DNA of 64,000 nucleotides from Leucoraja ocellata (lineage: Eukaryota), in the NCBI GenBank assembly GCA_036785375.1, contig JAWMAR010000034.1, forward strand, positions 4,650,001 through 4,714,000, in the 5' to 3' direction. Shown here one piece after another: positions 30,501 to 45,500 of the stretch. Within the stretch, counting starts at the first letter, position 1. Each line of letters begins with the position of its first letter. A model generated the notes under the pieces. It worked only from the letters and a program-made list of their open reading frames with translations. It made no database searches and had not been told where the DNA came from. A program made the position numbers and the translations under genes.

Positions 30501-33500
30501 AGAAAACAATTATTGTGGCATCAGCATCCATTCAAGCAATAATAAAAGTTAAGGAATAATTGATAGCATTCAGTGAAAACCTATCTTCCATAACTTAGCT
30601 TTTGACGCTTAATTTGTATTCTGCTGAAAGACTTATATCTGTACATCGGCAAGACCAAGCAGAGACTAGGTGACTGTTTTGTCGAACATTTGCGTTCGAT
30701 CCACCAAGGAATGTTGGATCTCCTGGTTGCTAACTATTTTAACTCCCATTCCCATACTGACCTTTCCGTCCTAAGCCACCACCAGTCTCAAAGTGAGGCC
30801 ACACGCAAAAGGAACAACACCTCATATTCTACTTGGGTAGATTATAACCACCATGAACATTGAATGCTCCAATTTCAGATAAATAACCTACCAGCAACCT
30901 CCATCTCCTTTTTCACCCTCCTTCCCCCTATCCATGCTCTCTAGAGATGCTGCCTGACCCGCTGACTTCCTCCAGCACTTTGTGTCTTGGTCTATATGTA
31001 GCCCTGAAATACTTTAGTTTATTCAGGAAGAAATTATGATTGACATAGTAATGTTATATCCGGTCATACACAAACTGATTAAGTTTGTGTAAATACTTAC
31101 GAAGGACAAAGTAATAGCACCTGTTTTGGAAACTGAGATTTAATGAATAAGTGTGTCCTAATTCCACATATTTTCTGCTTGTGTTCAGAGAAACAAATTG
31201 GGAAAACGGAGAGTGACAGGTAGAATGTTTTACATTTTCTTTTCTGTTTTTTTATTGTCCTAAGTTAAATGATTTAATTTGAAAAATTATGTCTTTCTGA
31301 TTGGCTAAATCTCCTAAGTAATTTATTATAATATTCATAAATCTAGGGCCATGCAGTGGCACAGCGGTTGAGTTGCTGCCTCTCAGCACCAGAAACCCGG
31401 GTTCAATCCTGACCATGGGTGCTGTCTGTGTGGAGTTTGCACATTTTCCATGTGACTGTGTGTTTCCTCCAGGTGCTCCAGTTTCGTCTCACGTTCTAAA
31501 TACGTGTGGTTTTGTAGGTTAATTGGCCTTTCTAAATTTTCCCAATGTGTGTAAGGAGTGGATAAGAAAATGGATTAACATAGAACGTATGAATGATAGA
31601 ATGTGGACTCGGTGGCTTGAAGGGTCTGTTTCCTTGTTGTATCGATGAACTATACCAATGTTTGGAAACTGTTCATATCTAGTTTGAAAGAAAGCACTGA
31701 TACTGAGAGTTCCACACCTGAAGAGGATGATGAGGATGGAGAGGATGAATCTAGAGAAGATGATGTGATCCCTTCAGTTGGTGGTATGGATGCATGGTTG
31801 GAAAATACTAAAGATAATGATCGGGCTGAACAGGAGCAAAATGAGCATCCTCTGCCTTTTGATGTAAGTTCACAATATATGAGGTCTTGTTTAATTTAAT
31901 TCAGCCGTTACATTCCTCCCAAAAATTGGCGTCATAAAATTTAATCCTGCAGTTATTTTGGTCAGGTTAAGTGGCAGATGTGAGATTTTACAGCTTTATT
32001 CAACATAAATTGGTGTTTCCAACAGAGGAGTTATTTACTTCAATAACTAAAATAAGCAGCTGGGCTGTAACAGAAACCATATCGTCTGAAGTAGGGTCCC
32101 AATACAAAACATCCGTTTTCACCTGAGATGCTGCCTGACCCGCTGAGTTACTCCAGCATTTTGTGTCTTTCTTTGGTATAAACCAGCATCCGAAATTCAT
32201 TTTATTACATAAAATCATATTGTTAGTTTAATTGATCACAACCTGTCAAATTGAACCGTGATATTCATCTATTTATTTTGTGGATAAAATATTGAATTTG
32301 CGTTTATGTGTCTCCACGCTTTCTCGATTTATGCTTGCATCAAATAGACATTTGCAATTTTATTTTTTTGGCTCTTATTCCCAACCCTGTCAATTTAATT
32401 TCTCCATTGTATATATTTATTTAAGGCAACATGTACACGACATCACCTCCCAATGCATTGCTATTATCTATTTTCGTCAATGTGCCTGTGGTTCCCATGG
32501 TGAGTGCCTTGAGGGCTGCTCTTGAGCAATCCCTATTATTGAGACATATGGAGCTCTTAACACATTAAGATGAGAAAAAATCTTCATATAACTTCCTATG
32601 ATGATGGACTATCTTAAGGGGGCCTTCTAGTGGACTGCTTATTTCTGAGTTTTCGGGCAGCACAGCGACAGAGCTGGTAGAGCTGCTGCCTCAGCCCCCG
32701 AGATCCAGGTTCGATCCTCATCTCGTTGCTGTCTGTGCAGTTTGTACATTCACTCTGTGACTGCGTTGGTTTCTCCAGGCGCTCCGCTTTCATCCCACAT
32801 TACAGACACGCAGGTTTGTAGGTTAATTGACTTTTATAAGTTGCCACTAGTGTGCAGGACATAGAACTAGTGTTCGGGTGATCGATGGGCAGTGTGGACT
32901 GGGTAGGCCAAAGGGACAGTTTCCATTCTGTATGTCTCAGAATCTTTTTAATTCAGATCCTTAAACCATGTTTGCCTTGTTTGAAGTGACAGGGATGCTA
33001 TCTGATCTCTGACATTATATATGAAATGTATAAGCCAACCCAACAGGGTAGGTCCTACCAAGGTACACTTCATTCAAGCTAATGGATCTAGCAGGACTTC
33101 ACAGGCTCGAAGTTAAGTTGATGTTTGCTGTAGCTGGACTGTTCCAAAATAAAAGCTCATCTATTCAAGACATGAGAAATGTCTTCATCAGGGGATAGTG
33201 AATCTTTGAAATGGCCTACCCAGAAAGAATCTGAACACTCAGCCATGGAGATTTGTTTATATTATCAATCTAAAGAATATGGGGAGTGTGCAGGCAAGTG
33301 ATGCTGATGTTAAATATTAGCCACAGTTTGTCTGAATGGTGCAACGATATGAGGGGCTAATGTCCTGCTCCCATGTCTAATAGTTAGATCTAACTCAATC
33401 TTCTGAAGTAACTTGGGTTAACAATATATTTTTGTTGAAGAGAGCATACATGTTCCAGGTGTGACAATGAGTGGAATTTGTCATCCACCCCATCTTACTC

Positions 33501-36500
33501 GCATCCAGATTAATGAATTACCAAATAAATATACAAAATGCTATCCTGGTAAGATTTTGTCTGCGAAGGGCATAGATTCATGATATTTGGTTGAATTAGC
33601 AGATCTTAGTCACGGGATATCTGCTCTTCGTTCAACATTTTAGCGCCCTGTTGCATATCCATCTTCTTGATCCATGCCAGTTAGTCCAGTAAAGTTAAAT
33701 GCTGCCAAATCGAGGTCTGTTCATACAAAGAAAACCGCTTTATGACAGCATTTGCTTTCCAAGGACCGATCTGAATTATTCAGCTGCTTTCTCATCTTGC
33801 CATGTGTCTTCTTTTCCCCACCTCGGTCTGTTTCACTGCTGGTAACCACTTATGTGCATGCTGCTGTAATAGGAGTCACTTCATTGCATAAATCCCTATC
33901 TAAGCAGCATTGACACTCAAGCAGAATTTTTTGACTATAATTTCGAACAAAGTGCTAAATAATTAATTTTTTCATGGCAATGAAAAATAGTTTTTTACAT
34001 AATACCAATGCAAAATTTGAAGGGTGGTTTTAAATTAGTATGCAATAGTCTAAGCCATTTAAATCGGCTACCGAGTTGAAAAGTTAGGTTAAAGATACAA
34101 CCCAATGTACAAGCATCTGGCTGATATAAACAGTGCATCACATTGTACTTTATTAGTTTGTAAGTGTGGGTGGGGGTTTGCACTGGGGTTTCAAGATTTA
34201 GCAAGTTCAAAGTAAAGTATGAGGAAATGAATTATAATAATGAGTGAAATCCTTGCAATGACAAGTAGTATTTGGTTGAGCTCACAGATAAGTGACGCTG
34301 GTTCAGTAAAGCTAAAAACTGACCTTAAAAACATGTTTCCGTTTCCAATGGGTGTAAGGAAAGTAACTCATTCATTTATTTGTGGAAGACTGTTTTCTCC
34401 ACCTGTTTCATCAGGAGGTGCAACCTAATTTGTCATAAAACACTATTGAGAAAGAAGAGGGCCACAGGTGCTGCAAAATACTACCATGGCAACTATTTCG
34501 TCATTCACCATTTTACTTAATGGCACCTTCCACCGTTGTTAAAACAAATGAGTCTCCCCTTCATTACCTTGAGCTGCTGGTGATGAGTAATGAATTTTCA
34601 CCTTATTTTGAGTGCCAGCTCCCTGGATTGACCATTTACGTAAAATACAGGTGATATATTTGCAATTGCTTGCTGTACAGGGTTCCTAGTTTGATGAGCT
34701 ATGTGTGCCTACAGAATCATACAGAGCTCCAGAAGAATAATAGGGGAAAATGCAAAAGAATGAAAGTTTACACTGGGCTTTGATATTTTGACAGGTTTTT
34801 TTACCAATGATATACTGGATGAAGACATTGGTTAAATGGTCCCAGTGTGCTGTATAAACAGCAAAACTTCTGGATAAAATATTTTGCATTCACTTCACTG
34901 GTGATATATAGTTTCATTTTTATAGCCATTCTATCAAATAATATGTTTTGTTTTTCAGATTCCTTTCCTATCAATGAACTTCAGTGGTAGCAGCTCTGAT
35001 TCTGGCAATGATAACTTTGACAGATTGAACCAAGGTCATGGATCAAAGATGTTATCTAGCGGATGTACTTCTGATTCCGAGTCAAACTCCAGTTTGAAAG
35101 AAGACCAAGGAGATTTTGCAGTTCCATGTAATTCTGTGGAATCTGACAACCAAGAAAAATGTATACTTGCAGTTGGTACAAAAACTCCATCGTTCCTGGG
35201 TATAGACATTGGAAAAGATGCCTCTACACCTTCTACTGATACTGCAACAACTGCATCATCATCTCCTACTGATCCTAGAAAGGACATGAACTCCTCGGTA
35301 TCTTCTGCAGCACAGCCATCACCTGATGAAAGGTAAAGCATTCAAATTAGATAAAGAACTGTAGATGCTGTAATCTTGTTTAGAATTCGGTGCTGGTGTA
35401 ACCAAGCGGGTTAGGAGTCATCTGTGGAGGGAATGGATAGGTGACATTTTAGGTCATGACCCTTTTTCAGACCGATTGTAGTAAGGGAGAAAGCTAGCTG
35501 ACCCGCTGAGTTACTCCACGCTTTGTGTTCTATTAAAATCAAGTATTTTTTAATAATTATCTGCCGTCTGGCATCCAGATTTTAATCTAGGTTGCTAAAT
35601 TATTCTTTCGGAAGTGTGGGTATCTAAATTTTGATTGTTCTAATTGACAACTACCACTTTTTGTACATAATTTGTCCATCACACATTGTACTGCACCCAC
35701 CTTAAGTATATTTATCTTATTACCAGCATTTGCGTTTCTTTAAAATGTTCTTTTAATAACTTGCATGTCCTTGAATCATGATATACTATTAAAAAATTTG
35801 TGACAAATGTGACAAGCAATTATTTTTATTACAGTCGGGTAATGCTCAAGGAAGTGGAACAAGTAAGTAGTGAGAGCAAGCAGCATGTAGCTTACAACAC
35901 AACCACAGAACAGCACGAAGAACCAACACTGGTAATGAGTTCAAAGGTAGGAACAGTAAAATAAAATTAATGCTGTGCAAGAATTTGTGCAAAATTTTGA
36001 AAGTCAATGTTTGATTTGTATTTTATATCTGCAAGACACAACTCCATTAAGTTTCAGTTTAGTTTATTGTCATGTGTACCGAGGTACAGTGAAACGCTTT
36101 TGTTGCATGCTAACGAGTCAGCGGAAAGACAACACCTGATTACAATCGAGCCATTATAGCTACCTCAAACTTCCTTCTGTTGTAGAAGGAGCAAATAGTG
36201 AATCTGAGCTTGCAGCCAATAATCTATAGTACTTGGGTCGACACGTGAAGTATATAATTTATCGCACAACAGAAAAGAGGGCAGGCTCTTGTTCCGAGTG
36301 ATATTTGGATTTTTACTCCTAATCTCCATTGAAACTTAATATGAAAAACATTCAATAAAATAGAAGGATCGGAGATCTGAATATAAAATCAACAACATTT
36401 AAAATTAACTTCAGAGGACTTTTAATATGTGCAACATACAGTGGCTTGCAAAAGTATTCATACCCCTTGAACTTTTCCACATTTTGTCACGTTACAACCA

Positions 36501-39500
36501 CAAACGTAAATGTATTTTATTGGGATTTTATGTGTTAGACCAACACAAAGTGGTGCATAATTGTGAAGTGGAAGGAAAATGATACATGGTTTTCAAATTT
36601 TTTTACAAAACTTTCAAAAAGGTTTTCAAAATCGAGTTACACTAAAAGACAGAATATCCAGCATACGACAGATTGAATGCTTATTAATCTATCCAAGTTA
36701 AATTAATTGTTGGCTTTGCTACAACCTCAGCAACCTCTCTCTCTCAATTCAGCTCCTGGATTAAATACAGGTGAGGTGCTGGGAAAGTGGAGGGTAGCAA
36801 ATGAACTAGAGACCAGTGAGCTTAACATCTGCGATAATAAAGTTACTTGAGACTATTCGATGGGATCAGATATTTGTGTATTTAGGTGGACAAGGACTGA
36901 GGGACTATCCATTGCATCTAAGGAGGTAAAAGGAAGATCATAGAATCTGGGCTGTCACGGAAGAAAGTGCTTTGATCACTCACTTTGCTGACCATGGCAA
37001 GACTAACCCTAACCCAATGAGTGAAAGTTTTGTGCGTGGGTTGAGGGAGGGGAATGGAGGCTGTGGCCTGCAAGTAACTGTCTTAAAAAGTTGAAGCAGA
37101 GACCCTCGCCGAGAGGTGGGATTGACCAAAAGTTAATTTTTTTCAGCGGGCTGATTGGTTGCTGTAAAATTAAATGATCTTATAGACAATTACAAATATG
37201 ATGCTTAGAAAAAAAATATTTAGCAATTATTATTGATATCTTGGAGGCATTTCAAAGCAACAACAGCTGTAAATCATGTACGACATTATTTCCAATTTCA
37301 TTACTCTTATGAGATACTTCCGATTAAGCTGATGAATGAGGAAATTTTACAATGCATTCTTAAATGTTAATATTCCCAAAGCAAATTTGAAAGTTTGGCT
37401 TACTTGCACTGTCGAGCAGATTCTTCTGATTTCATTTGTTTGAATGTTGTAGTGGACTATATTTATAATGAAACTCCACCTACACCCTGACAATACTTGA
37501 GGCAATACGCAATTTCAAAAAAATGCATAATTGGAAAACTAATTTAAATTTGATGCCAATTATTTTTCTCTTTCGTGAGAGGGAAGCTTTATATTCTTGT
37601 ATTTTCAACCCAAAGTTTCAAATAATATTTGTATGGCACTAACCTTTCAAACATAAGCTTTTCATCATGCTCAGTTTTTATCTTTGTTAATTTTTTTTTT
37701 AATTTTGTTTTTTTGCCAATAGCCTTTATTCCAATGAAAAGACAGCATTTTGTCTGCAATTGAACTGCTATAATTTAGCTTGTTAAATGTTACAAGATCG
37801 TTACCCTCAGAATTACTTCTTAACTAGATCTTTACCCTCTTAAAGACCCTGAAATTCATACACAACATGCATTGGAGGTGCTTTACCACACTTTTGTGCT
37901 GGGATTGTGAGATTTAGATCAGAGATTAGCTATGTGAATAAGTCAAACAAAATGACCTTGACTTTGAATTCAATCATTTTTTTAATTTTGGTCTTTGGAA
38001 AATAAGGGCAAGAACAGAGTTTAATGAAGGCAGACATTTTAAATTATCCATCATTTGGCTATATATCTCAACAATGATGGAATTCAGTTAGGGCAGCTTC
38101 AAAGTAGTTTTCCAGACATTCTGATCTAATGTATAGGTCGGAATAGTTGACTTCAGTTTAACCAATACAAATATTGCGGTTTGTTTAGTCTTCTGCGTAT
38201 GCATGCGTTGGTCGCATCCTCCTCATCCTGTTCAGATTAAATTGTCTGATGTCTGGGTGGAGAACTAACAAACATCAATTTGTTGCAAAATTGCTTCAAG
38301 AGCAGAAATATTTTATGGATTTATGAGAATATCTACGAAATTTACGAGAATAGGAACACGCTTGAAATCGCACAACCTCTTCTTGATGAGTGTTGGGCCT
38401 GACTTCTACTTTTCAGATTTAAAATGGCCGAGGTGAAAACAAATCTTTTGGAATCATTGTCCAGCAGATCCAACAATTAAATTCTCATGTTTCAGTCTTT
38501 TTTGAAATCAATAGAAATTCTGATTAAATTTAGAGATGTTGTAACTTCTTATCCAGGAAAGAAAAGTTGCTACAGTTGTTGAATATTACCACACACTGAA
38601 CGCACAAAATAATTAAGTGACCTTTGGGACCATTGAGTGACTATCAATCAGTGCATTTATATAACTTTGTTGGTGCCAGAAACATGGTGACTGCTAGGTA
38701 TTGCCTAGGTGAGGTGTGCTTTATAATTTTACCAGGTTCTATGCAAAAATAAAGCTATGCATTGTACCTAGGTACTTTCTAGGTACATGTGACAATAAAG
38801 TATAATTTAATTGAATTCCTCCAAGTATAACTTAATAATGGGAGCAGTTGATTATTTCTACAGTGGAATATCTGGGAAATTCTCAAAATCCTTTTTATTG
38901 TCTTGCAGTAGGTATGACAACAGGATAGTTGATCTCCAACTTCTGTTTTTGGCTTACACGATTTTCTTAAATACCTCTGTATTCTGGAAGAGGTCACGTG
39001 TATAAAAATTGAAGTTTTGAGTTCAATTAATCCACTGTTAGATAGATAACTGTGATCTATCTCGTTCTGTGCACTGTTTTCATGGTTGTATTTTAAGGTG
39101 ACCAACATTTCACTGGCCTTTTGGCTCAGGAACATGATCACTTTACTTCGAGAGGCTAGTAAGGATTAGAAACATGATGTTAACATTGGAAAATGATACA
39201 TATGCACCTTTTATAAAAGACACTTTATTTATTTTTACGTTGTGGATTTAGTATTCAAAATGCATTGGCTTTTAAAACTTGCCATTTAAGTAATATTAAT
39301 TTGTATGTAATATTAGCTCAGATAGCATTGTGCTGCTTTATTGGAATCACGCATTCTGTGGTATTAATGACAATGTAAAACAGCAATTTTCTTGGACAGT
39401 GAGACAAGAATAATCTCATTATCTACTTGTTAAGCATTTTTAAGTTTTTGATTCATCTCTTTATGTTGCAGGTGGAAGAAAGGTTGCTGAAATGCAAATT

Positions 39501-42500
39501 GAAAGAAGCTTCTGAGGCCCTGATGGCATCTAATTTTAGAAATGCTCAGGAAAACTATCTGCATGCCCTTAAATTAATAAAAGAAAAGAAAGTAAGTTTC
39601 ACCGTCAGAGATGTTTTAAATACTATTGACATATTCCTTATTTTGCAAATGCAGTCTTTGATAAGAAATACCAAAAACAGAACGATTAAATTCTTACTTG
39701 CAGCAGCGTGACAGGTCTGCAAAAACATTACTTATAGATAACACAACACAGTATTATTACATTGCATTGTTTGGACAAAGCAGCAAATCTATTGAAGTGT
39801 TCTCCTTGAATAATAGAAGTCAATTGCTCTTATATAGGCACCAAATTTAGTTTATCTTTAAATTTCTTTGTAGAGACTGCAGTGTACAGTTCCAGATTCC
39901 TTATCGATGACTGTACTTGAAAATCTCTAAGCTATACTTGGCGCTGATAGAAAGTTCAGTCATTTAGGTTTTTCCCTAATATCTGAATCTTGCTATTTTG
40001 TGGTTTTACATTTTTATGTAGAAAGGTCAAGTTGTCAGTCCAGACTGTTGCAACCGGGAAGAATTGTTTTCTTTTCTCAGCATTGACTGGGTTATATCCT
40101 TCCGACAATAGTTGAAAGGAAATAAAGTATTTTGTGGTCATAAAAAATCCGGACCATTGTCTGAACTCCTTTCAATCCATGAAATGTTCCCTGGAATTGA
40201 TTTAATTTAAAAATGATGAAATGTGTCAAGAACCCTTAGCACCTCTAATTTGATTGCTGCTCAGTTTTGGCTTTCTCCTTGTTCTTTGCAGCTCTTTCCA
40301 CCATCATGTACAGGTGACTATGCTAAAGATCCTGAGTATTTAATTAATTTGCACATTTGTTTCTAAGTGCCGTTATTTGGTAAAAGAGGCTGTACATGAA
40401 AGTGATACTGAGACCGATTTGGCAAAATAATTATTTGCGGGAAAAGGAACTGAATAGAGGTAAAAAAGAACATTGCAAAGGCAATATTACAGCTAGAATA
40501 CGTGGAGAATGTTTTTTTGTTGAAGGAATTTAGATTTCTTTTGGGAGGCATTCAGATTGTTAGCAAAGCATAGATTATCAAGAGTTTCGAGTCAAGAGTG
40601 TTTAATTGTCAAATGTACCAAAAACGGAACGATTAAATTCTTGCAGCACCGTAACACGTCTGTAAACATTACTTATAGATAACACAACAAACAAAATAAA
40701 TTTAAGTACATTTTAAAAAGGTTATGACTTTTTTTCTTGTTGGATCCTTGAAAACCTGTGTGGAAGCATGATGGGGTGATCATATGCTTAGATTTAGGGG
40801 AGAATGATGAGTGTAGTCTTCAATATCTTCCCTCTGCACTCACTGCTGATACAATAACTCGACCAGAAAGGTCAATCATTCTTTTGCCTCCGCAAATGTT
40901 GCTCAACCTGCTGAATTTTTCCAACTTTTGTTATTGCTCCAAATTCGAGCATCTGAAGTTTATTGTGTGTCTGAACAGAATATTAGATGTTAGTCTATTT
41001 ATTAATTTCATTTGATTTTCCATTACAGGTGTACAACTTGACTACCATGGAGTACATACTCATTGAGTACGCCTGTGGCTTGGCCTTTCTGGGAAATAAT
41101 TTAATTCAGGTGTGAATTTTTATTCTTCGATGATAGTGGGATGGGTCTAGTCATCAAACTTTGTCTAAATGAAAGCTACATTATAACATGCAGTACAGTT
41201 TTATATAATTTCCATTGATGACAGCACCAAGTTTACCTCTGAATCTTGATCTATCGCCCATCATTAAACAAAATAATAATTTGGTGAATAGAATTACTTC
41301 CCATAACCCATCTTGGCACTTCTCCCTCCTCCTCAAAGCCTATCACTGAACAAGCCATCCAGTCCAATATCTCCTTTATATGCGTTGTATAAAACATTAT
41401 TTGCTATATCTGCAGGGAATTATCCTGAGTATGTTGGATATGTTATATATTAATACAAACAGTTCTACAACAGAATTGCTAGATGGTATTGGAGGCTAAT
41501 TTCATTTTCCATTTTTACTGGAGCCACGAGAAGGGAAATTTTCCCCTGCGTACATGGCAAGAAAATAATATTGCTACATTGATAAATAATTGATAGAGAA
41601 TTTTTGTAATGGGTTTAAGTCACTGGATAAGAACAATATTTTAAAGCAACATCAATAAAATATACTAAAGTGCTCCAAGTGAACTGTTGTAGGCTAAATA
41701 CATTACCTTCTTACAGTAGAGAATAAGTTATGAGGTTGAGGGTGACACATGATTTATTTTTTTCTCCTGAATTTATTGATGGTTTTAGGATGTTTTAGAG
41801 GCTGAACGGCATTTTAAGAAAATTTTTGATGAGTTCAGTGATGAAGATTCCAGCCACTTCACCTGCCTCTCATATTATGGTCTAAGCCGTGTCCACATCC
41901 GATGGAACAGGTATGTGCTTTACTTATGGAAATTTTTGATTTTCATTTCCAAATGGCTCATGGAATAGTTGTATCATTAAAGACATCCATAGCACTCTGA
42001 GCAATGCATACTAACGGGTCAGATATTAAAGACGGTCGTAAATTATTGCTGTTGACTTTCCATCTTGACCCAGAACCAAATTAATGGAACTGTCATCTAT
42101 TCAAAAATTTCTTTCCAAAACCAGAGAAATTCGGTATTTTAACAAGAATGGTGTTTTAAAATATATGGTGAGAAAATCATAGATGTGTAAAGGTCAATTT
42201 AGTGTTACTTTGAGGTACTATGATATGTTAATAGGATAATCTTGTTAATCATGCAATCTTTACATTTCATGGAATTAGCAATATAGCCAGTCCAGATGGA
42301 ATATAAAGGTTTCTCTTACTTTCCCATGTAATTTTAATTGGATAAATTTTACACTTGTTGAAGGCGTGCATCAGTGATGAAATTCACTATTGTCTTCTAT
42401 ATGCCAGCACAACCATGAGCTGGCTGAGGAAAAGTGTTTGATTCTGTCTATAGACAGCACTGATCCCTATCATCTTAAACAGTTAACCAGACAACATATG

Positions 42501-45500
42501 ATGGGCAGCTCAAAATACTGCTAATGCCCTTGCTGCAAAATCCTCCAAATCCATGAGTTTGCCTATTCTACAACATCTGATTTATCTCCTCAGCCAGCAT
42601 CTCCTGCATTGAGGCTCTAATCACACTCCAGCAATTTCAGGAGCGTGCCATATTGTCTGCATACCTGACATTAAGTTCACCTTCCCATCAAGGACCATTT
42701 ATCTCACCTGTAGCTGAGTTTGTGAATCCCACATGACCTCACCAGCCATCTCAGCGTCCATAGAACATTGGAAGCAAGTGATCCTCAACCCAAGGAAAAA
42801 GATTAGCAGAAGAAATAGTGAGATTTATGAACATTTACCACAACAATCTGACTACAAAAAAATGCTTAGGGGGACAGAGGAAACACTTTAAACATTCACA
42901 GTGTTTATTTGAAAACATGTAATGTCTTCACGAGCGCATGCATCTTTTGGAAGCAGGCACTAAGATGGAAATGCACATCCAAGAAGGCACTGAGCACCTT
43001 GCCTTGTATGCTCAGGCTAAGCACAAAGAATATAACCAAATCACAACGTTCCAAGCAATCCACCATCCCTCCCATCACATACTTACTTCATGTGACTGAG
43101 TGTGTGAGTCCAGCATAGACCTAATCACCCTCCTCTAAAACTCACAGAATAGTGGAAGCAACTTATTGAAGTATACAAGATCATGATCGGCCTGGTTAAC
43201 GTGAATGCTCACAGTCTTTACCCCATGGTAGAAAACTAGAGGGCATATGGTGAGAGGAGGAAAATGTTGTTGTGTCCTCGGGTGCAGTCCTGTTCCGTTG
43301 TGAGACAAAAATACAAAAACCTGAGCATCGCTCCAACATATTCAGACTATCTTGAATACAATGGAGGCATACAGGGGGATGCTCTGGTTTTTGTATTTTT
43401 GTCTCACAAAGGAACAGGAATACAAGAATGTTTCTGCCTTGTTACATTTAACTCGATAATTTACTTCTAGATATAAAGAAGCAAGATCATCTGTGGAGGA
43501 GTCTCTGAAGCTGGTTGAGAGTGATTTAGTCCCAGGGCTTCAGACGTGGCCAGGCACAGATACTGTCATTGAAGAAACCAGGGATGGTGTATTGAAAGTA
43601 AGGAATGCCCATGTGTTAGTCCAAATAGTTTTTACTCATGATAGATTTATGTAGGATTATAAAGTTTTATACGATTCTAAGAAAAACTCCAGAAGCTGGA
43701 AATTTTGAGCCAAAATAGAAAATGCTGGAAAGATTCAACAAAAAATGCAGTATGTGCGGAATGGTTTCTCAGTGGTTTATTTATTTTTTGGGTCTGCAAA
43801 TGACAAAGGATTGCAGACCAGTAACATAAATGTTTTGCCCTTCACAGATGCTGATTGACCAGCAGAATGTTTCCAGCATATTCTGTTTTGTTTCTGAATG
43901 TTTCTGAATGTAAAAAATTACATTCATTTTTATTTTTGCTGATGCCTTTGTGGTGCACAATCATTGCAATCTGAGCTGCTGAATGAGTATATTCAGTAAG
44001 TGAAAAGTTGTTTTATTAAATAATGTTACATTCTTAGAATCCTTGCTGAATAAAATTGAATTTTGTTATTTGATATATTTTTGACTTTCAAGTTTAGTGT
44101 TCCTATGCATAAATGTACTGAGAGCATGACTGGGTAATCAATAATTTGAGTAGGGTTCCTGAGAAAAATAAAGTTAGTGATATTGAATATAACATAGTGG
44201 TTATATCTATTTGCTGTAATGTTTGCACAAGCTGCGTTTGAAAAAAAATCTAGAAAATATTTAAAGCGTGCGATTTTCTGGAATGCTGTATTCTTTATGA
44301 GCTGGGTAAAAACCAGTTGGGAATGAAATACTTTTGGTGACCTGACAATCCAGGATTCAGAAACACTAATTTCTCTTGAAAGAAAAGTACACAGTGGGTG
44401 AGTTTGAGAGCTAAATTCTTCCAGATTGGATGTGAACAAGAAAAAATACATTCATATTATTCTAAATGACTTTTGGTTTTGGCAATTTAACACTTTTTAA
44501 CACTTTTTGGAGTTTAACACTTGCTCAATGCTTGATACATGGATATTTACAGAATGGAGATGATGCAAGGGATGCAATGCCATACAAAACAAACTACACC
44601 ACATTTTATTCAGAGAGGCACCAATCAAAAGGGAAACAGTAGAAAGTGACCAGGACTCTAGACCCTGACAGCATTTGGACTATCCTTCCCTTTTTCCAGT
44701 GATAGCTTTTTGGACCGATATCCTCATTAGAATTTCAAACACTTAGGGGCAGAGTGCTGTGGATTTGGATGTTGAAACAAGGAATTGCAGATGCTAGTTT
44801 GCAAAAAAAGACGTAAAGTGCTGGAGTAACTCAAAAGGTCAGGCAGTATCTCCAGAGAACATGGATGACACAAAGTGTATGTTCTCCAGAAATGCTGCCG
44901 GTCCTGCTGAGAGACTCCAGCACTTTGTGTCTGAAATCAGATGTTGATCAGGAAAATTACTGGTGACTTGTTCAAACATCTAGTTACATGTAATTCATAA
45001 CCCTGGGGATAAAGATTGACTGGATTTATCTTCAGTTGTCTACCACTTGAGGGGCTTGTTTGAACAGGACTCTTAGGAATTTGCAGTTACTCAATCCTAA
45101 CCTTTGTGCAATAGATTCCTTGTTCAAGATTAAATGCTCATCATAGACTTGTTCATTGCTTGTTTACACAAGCTACAATTAAAATAAATTCCATGACAGA
45201 CATTCATAGGGTGGGATCATTTGAGAAGCAGAGTTTGTTCCATTCCATTGCTATTAATTATGTGAAAAATATTGCTGTATCTCAAGTGACATTTATTTCC
45301 ATTAAATTGAATAAACTGGCTATATTCACCTGCCAGAATTGACTGTTGAGACTTTGCCAGTGGGTCCAGGTGCTTTGACATCCAAGATGAAAAGTCAAAT
45401 CTGCCTATGGGGATACAATGGGCATCAGTGGCTGACACAATTATTGTTTATGAGGCCTATCAACCTCTTCTGACCAACTGGTTGGTGCAGAGTACAACAC

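Noticed and set aside
32598-32648. ATGATGA...CTGA resembling a C/D snoRNA
   Set aside because: Only ~51 nt, weak stem, no recognisable guide, mid-intron next to a SINE.
39660-40690. Similar ~80-bp segments at ~39670 and ~40620
   Set aside because: They look like diverged tails of a dispersed repeat (related pieces near 59100), not a specific structure.
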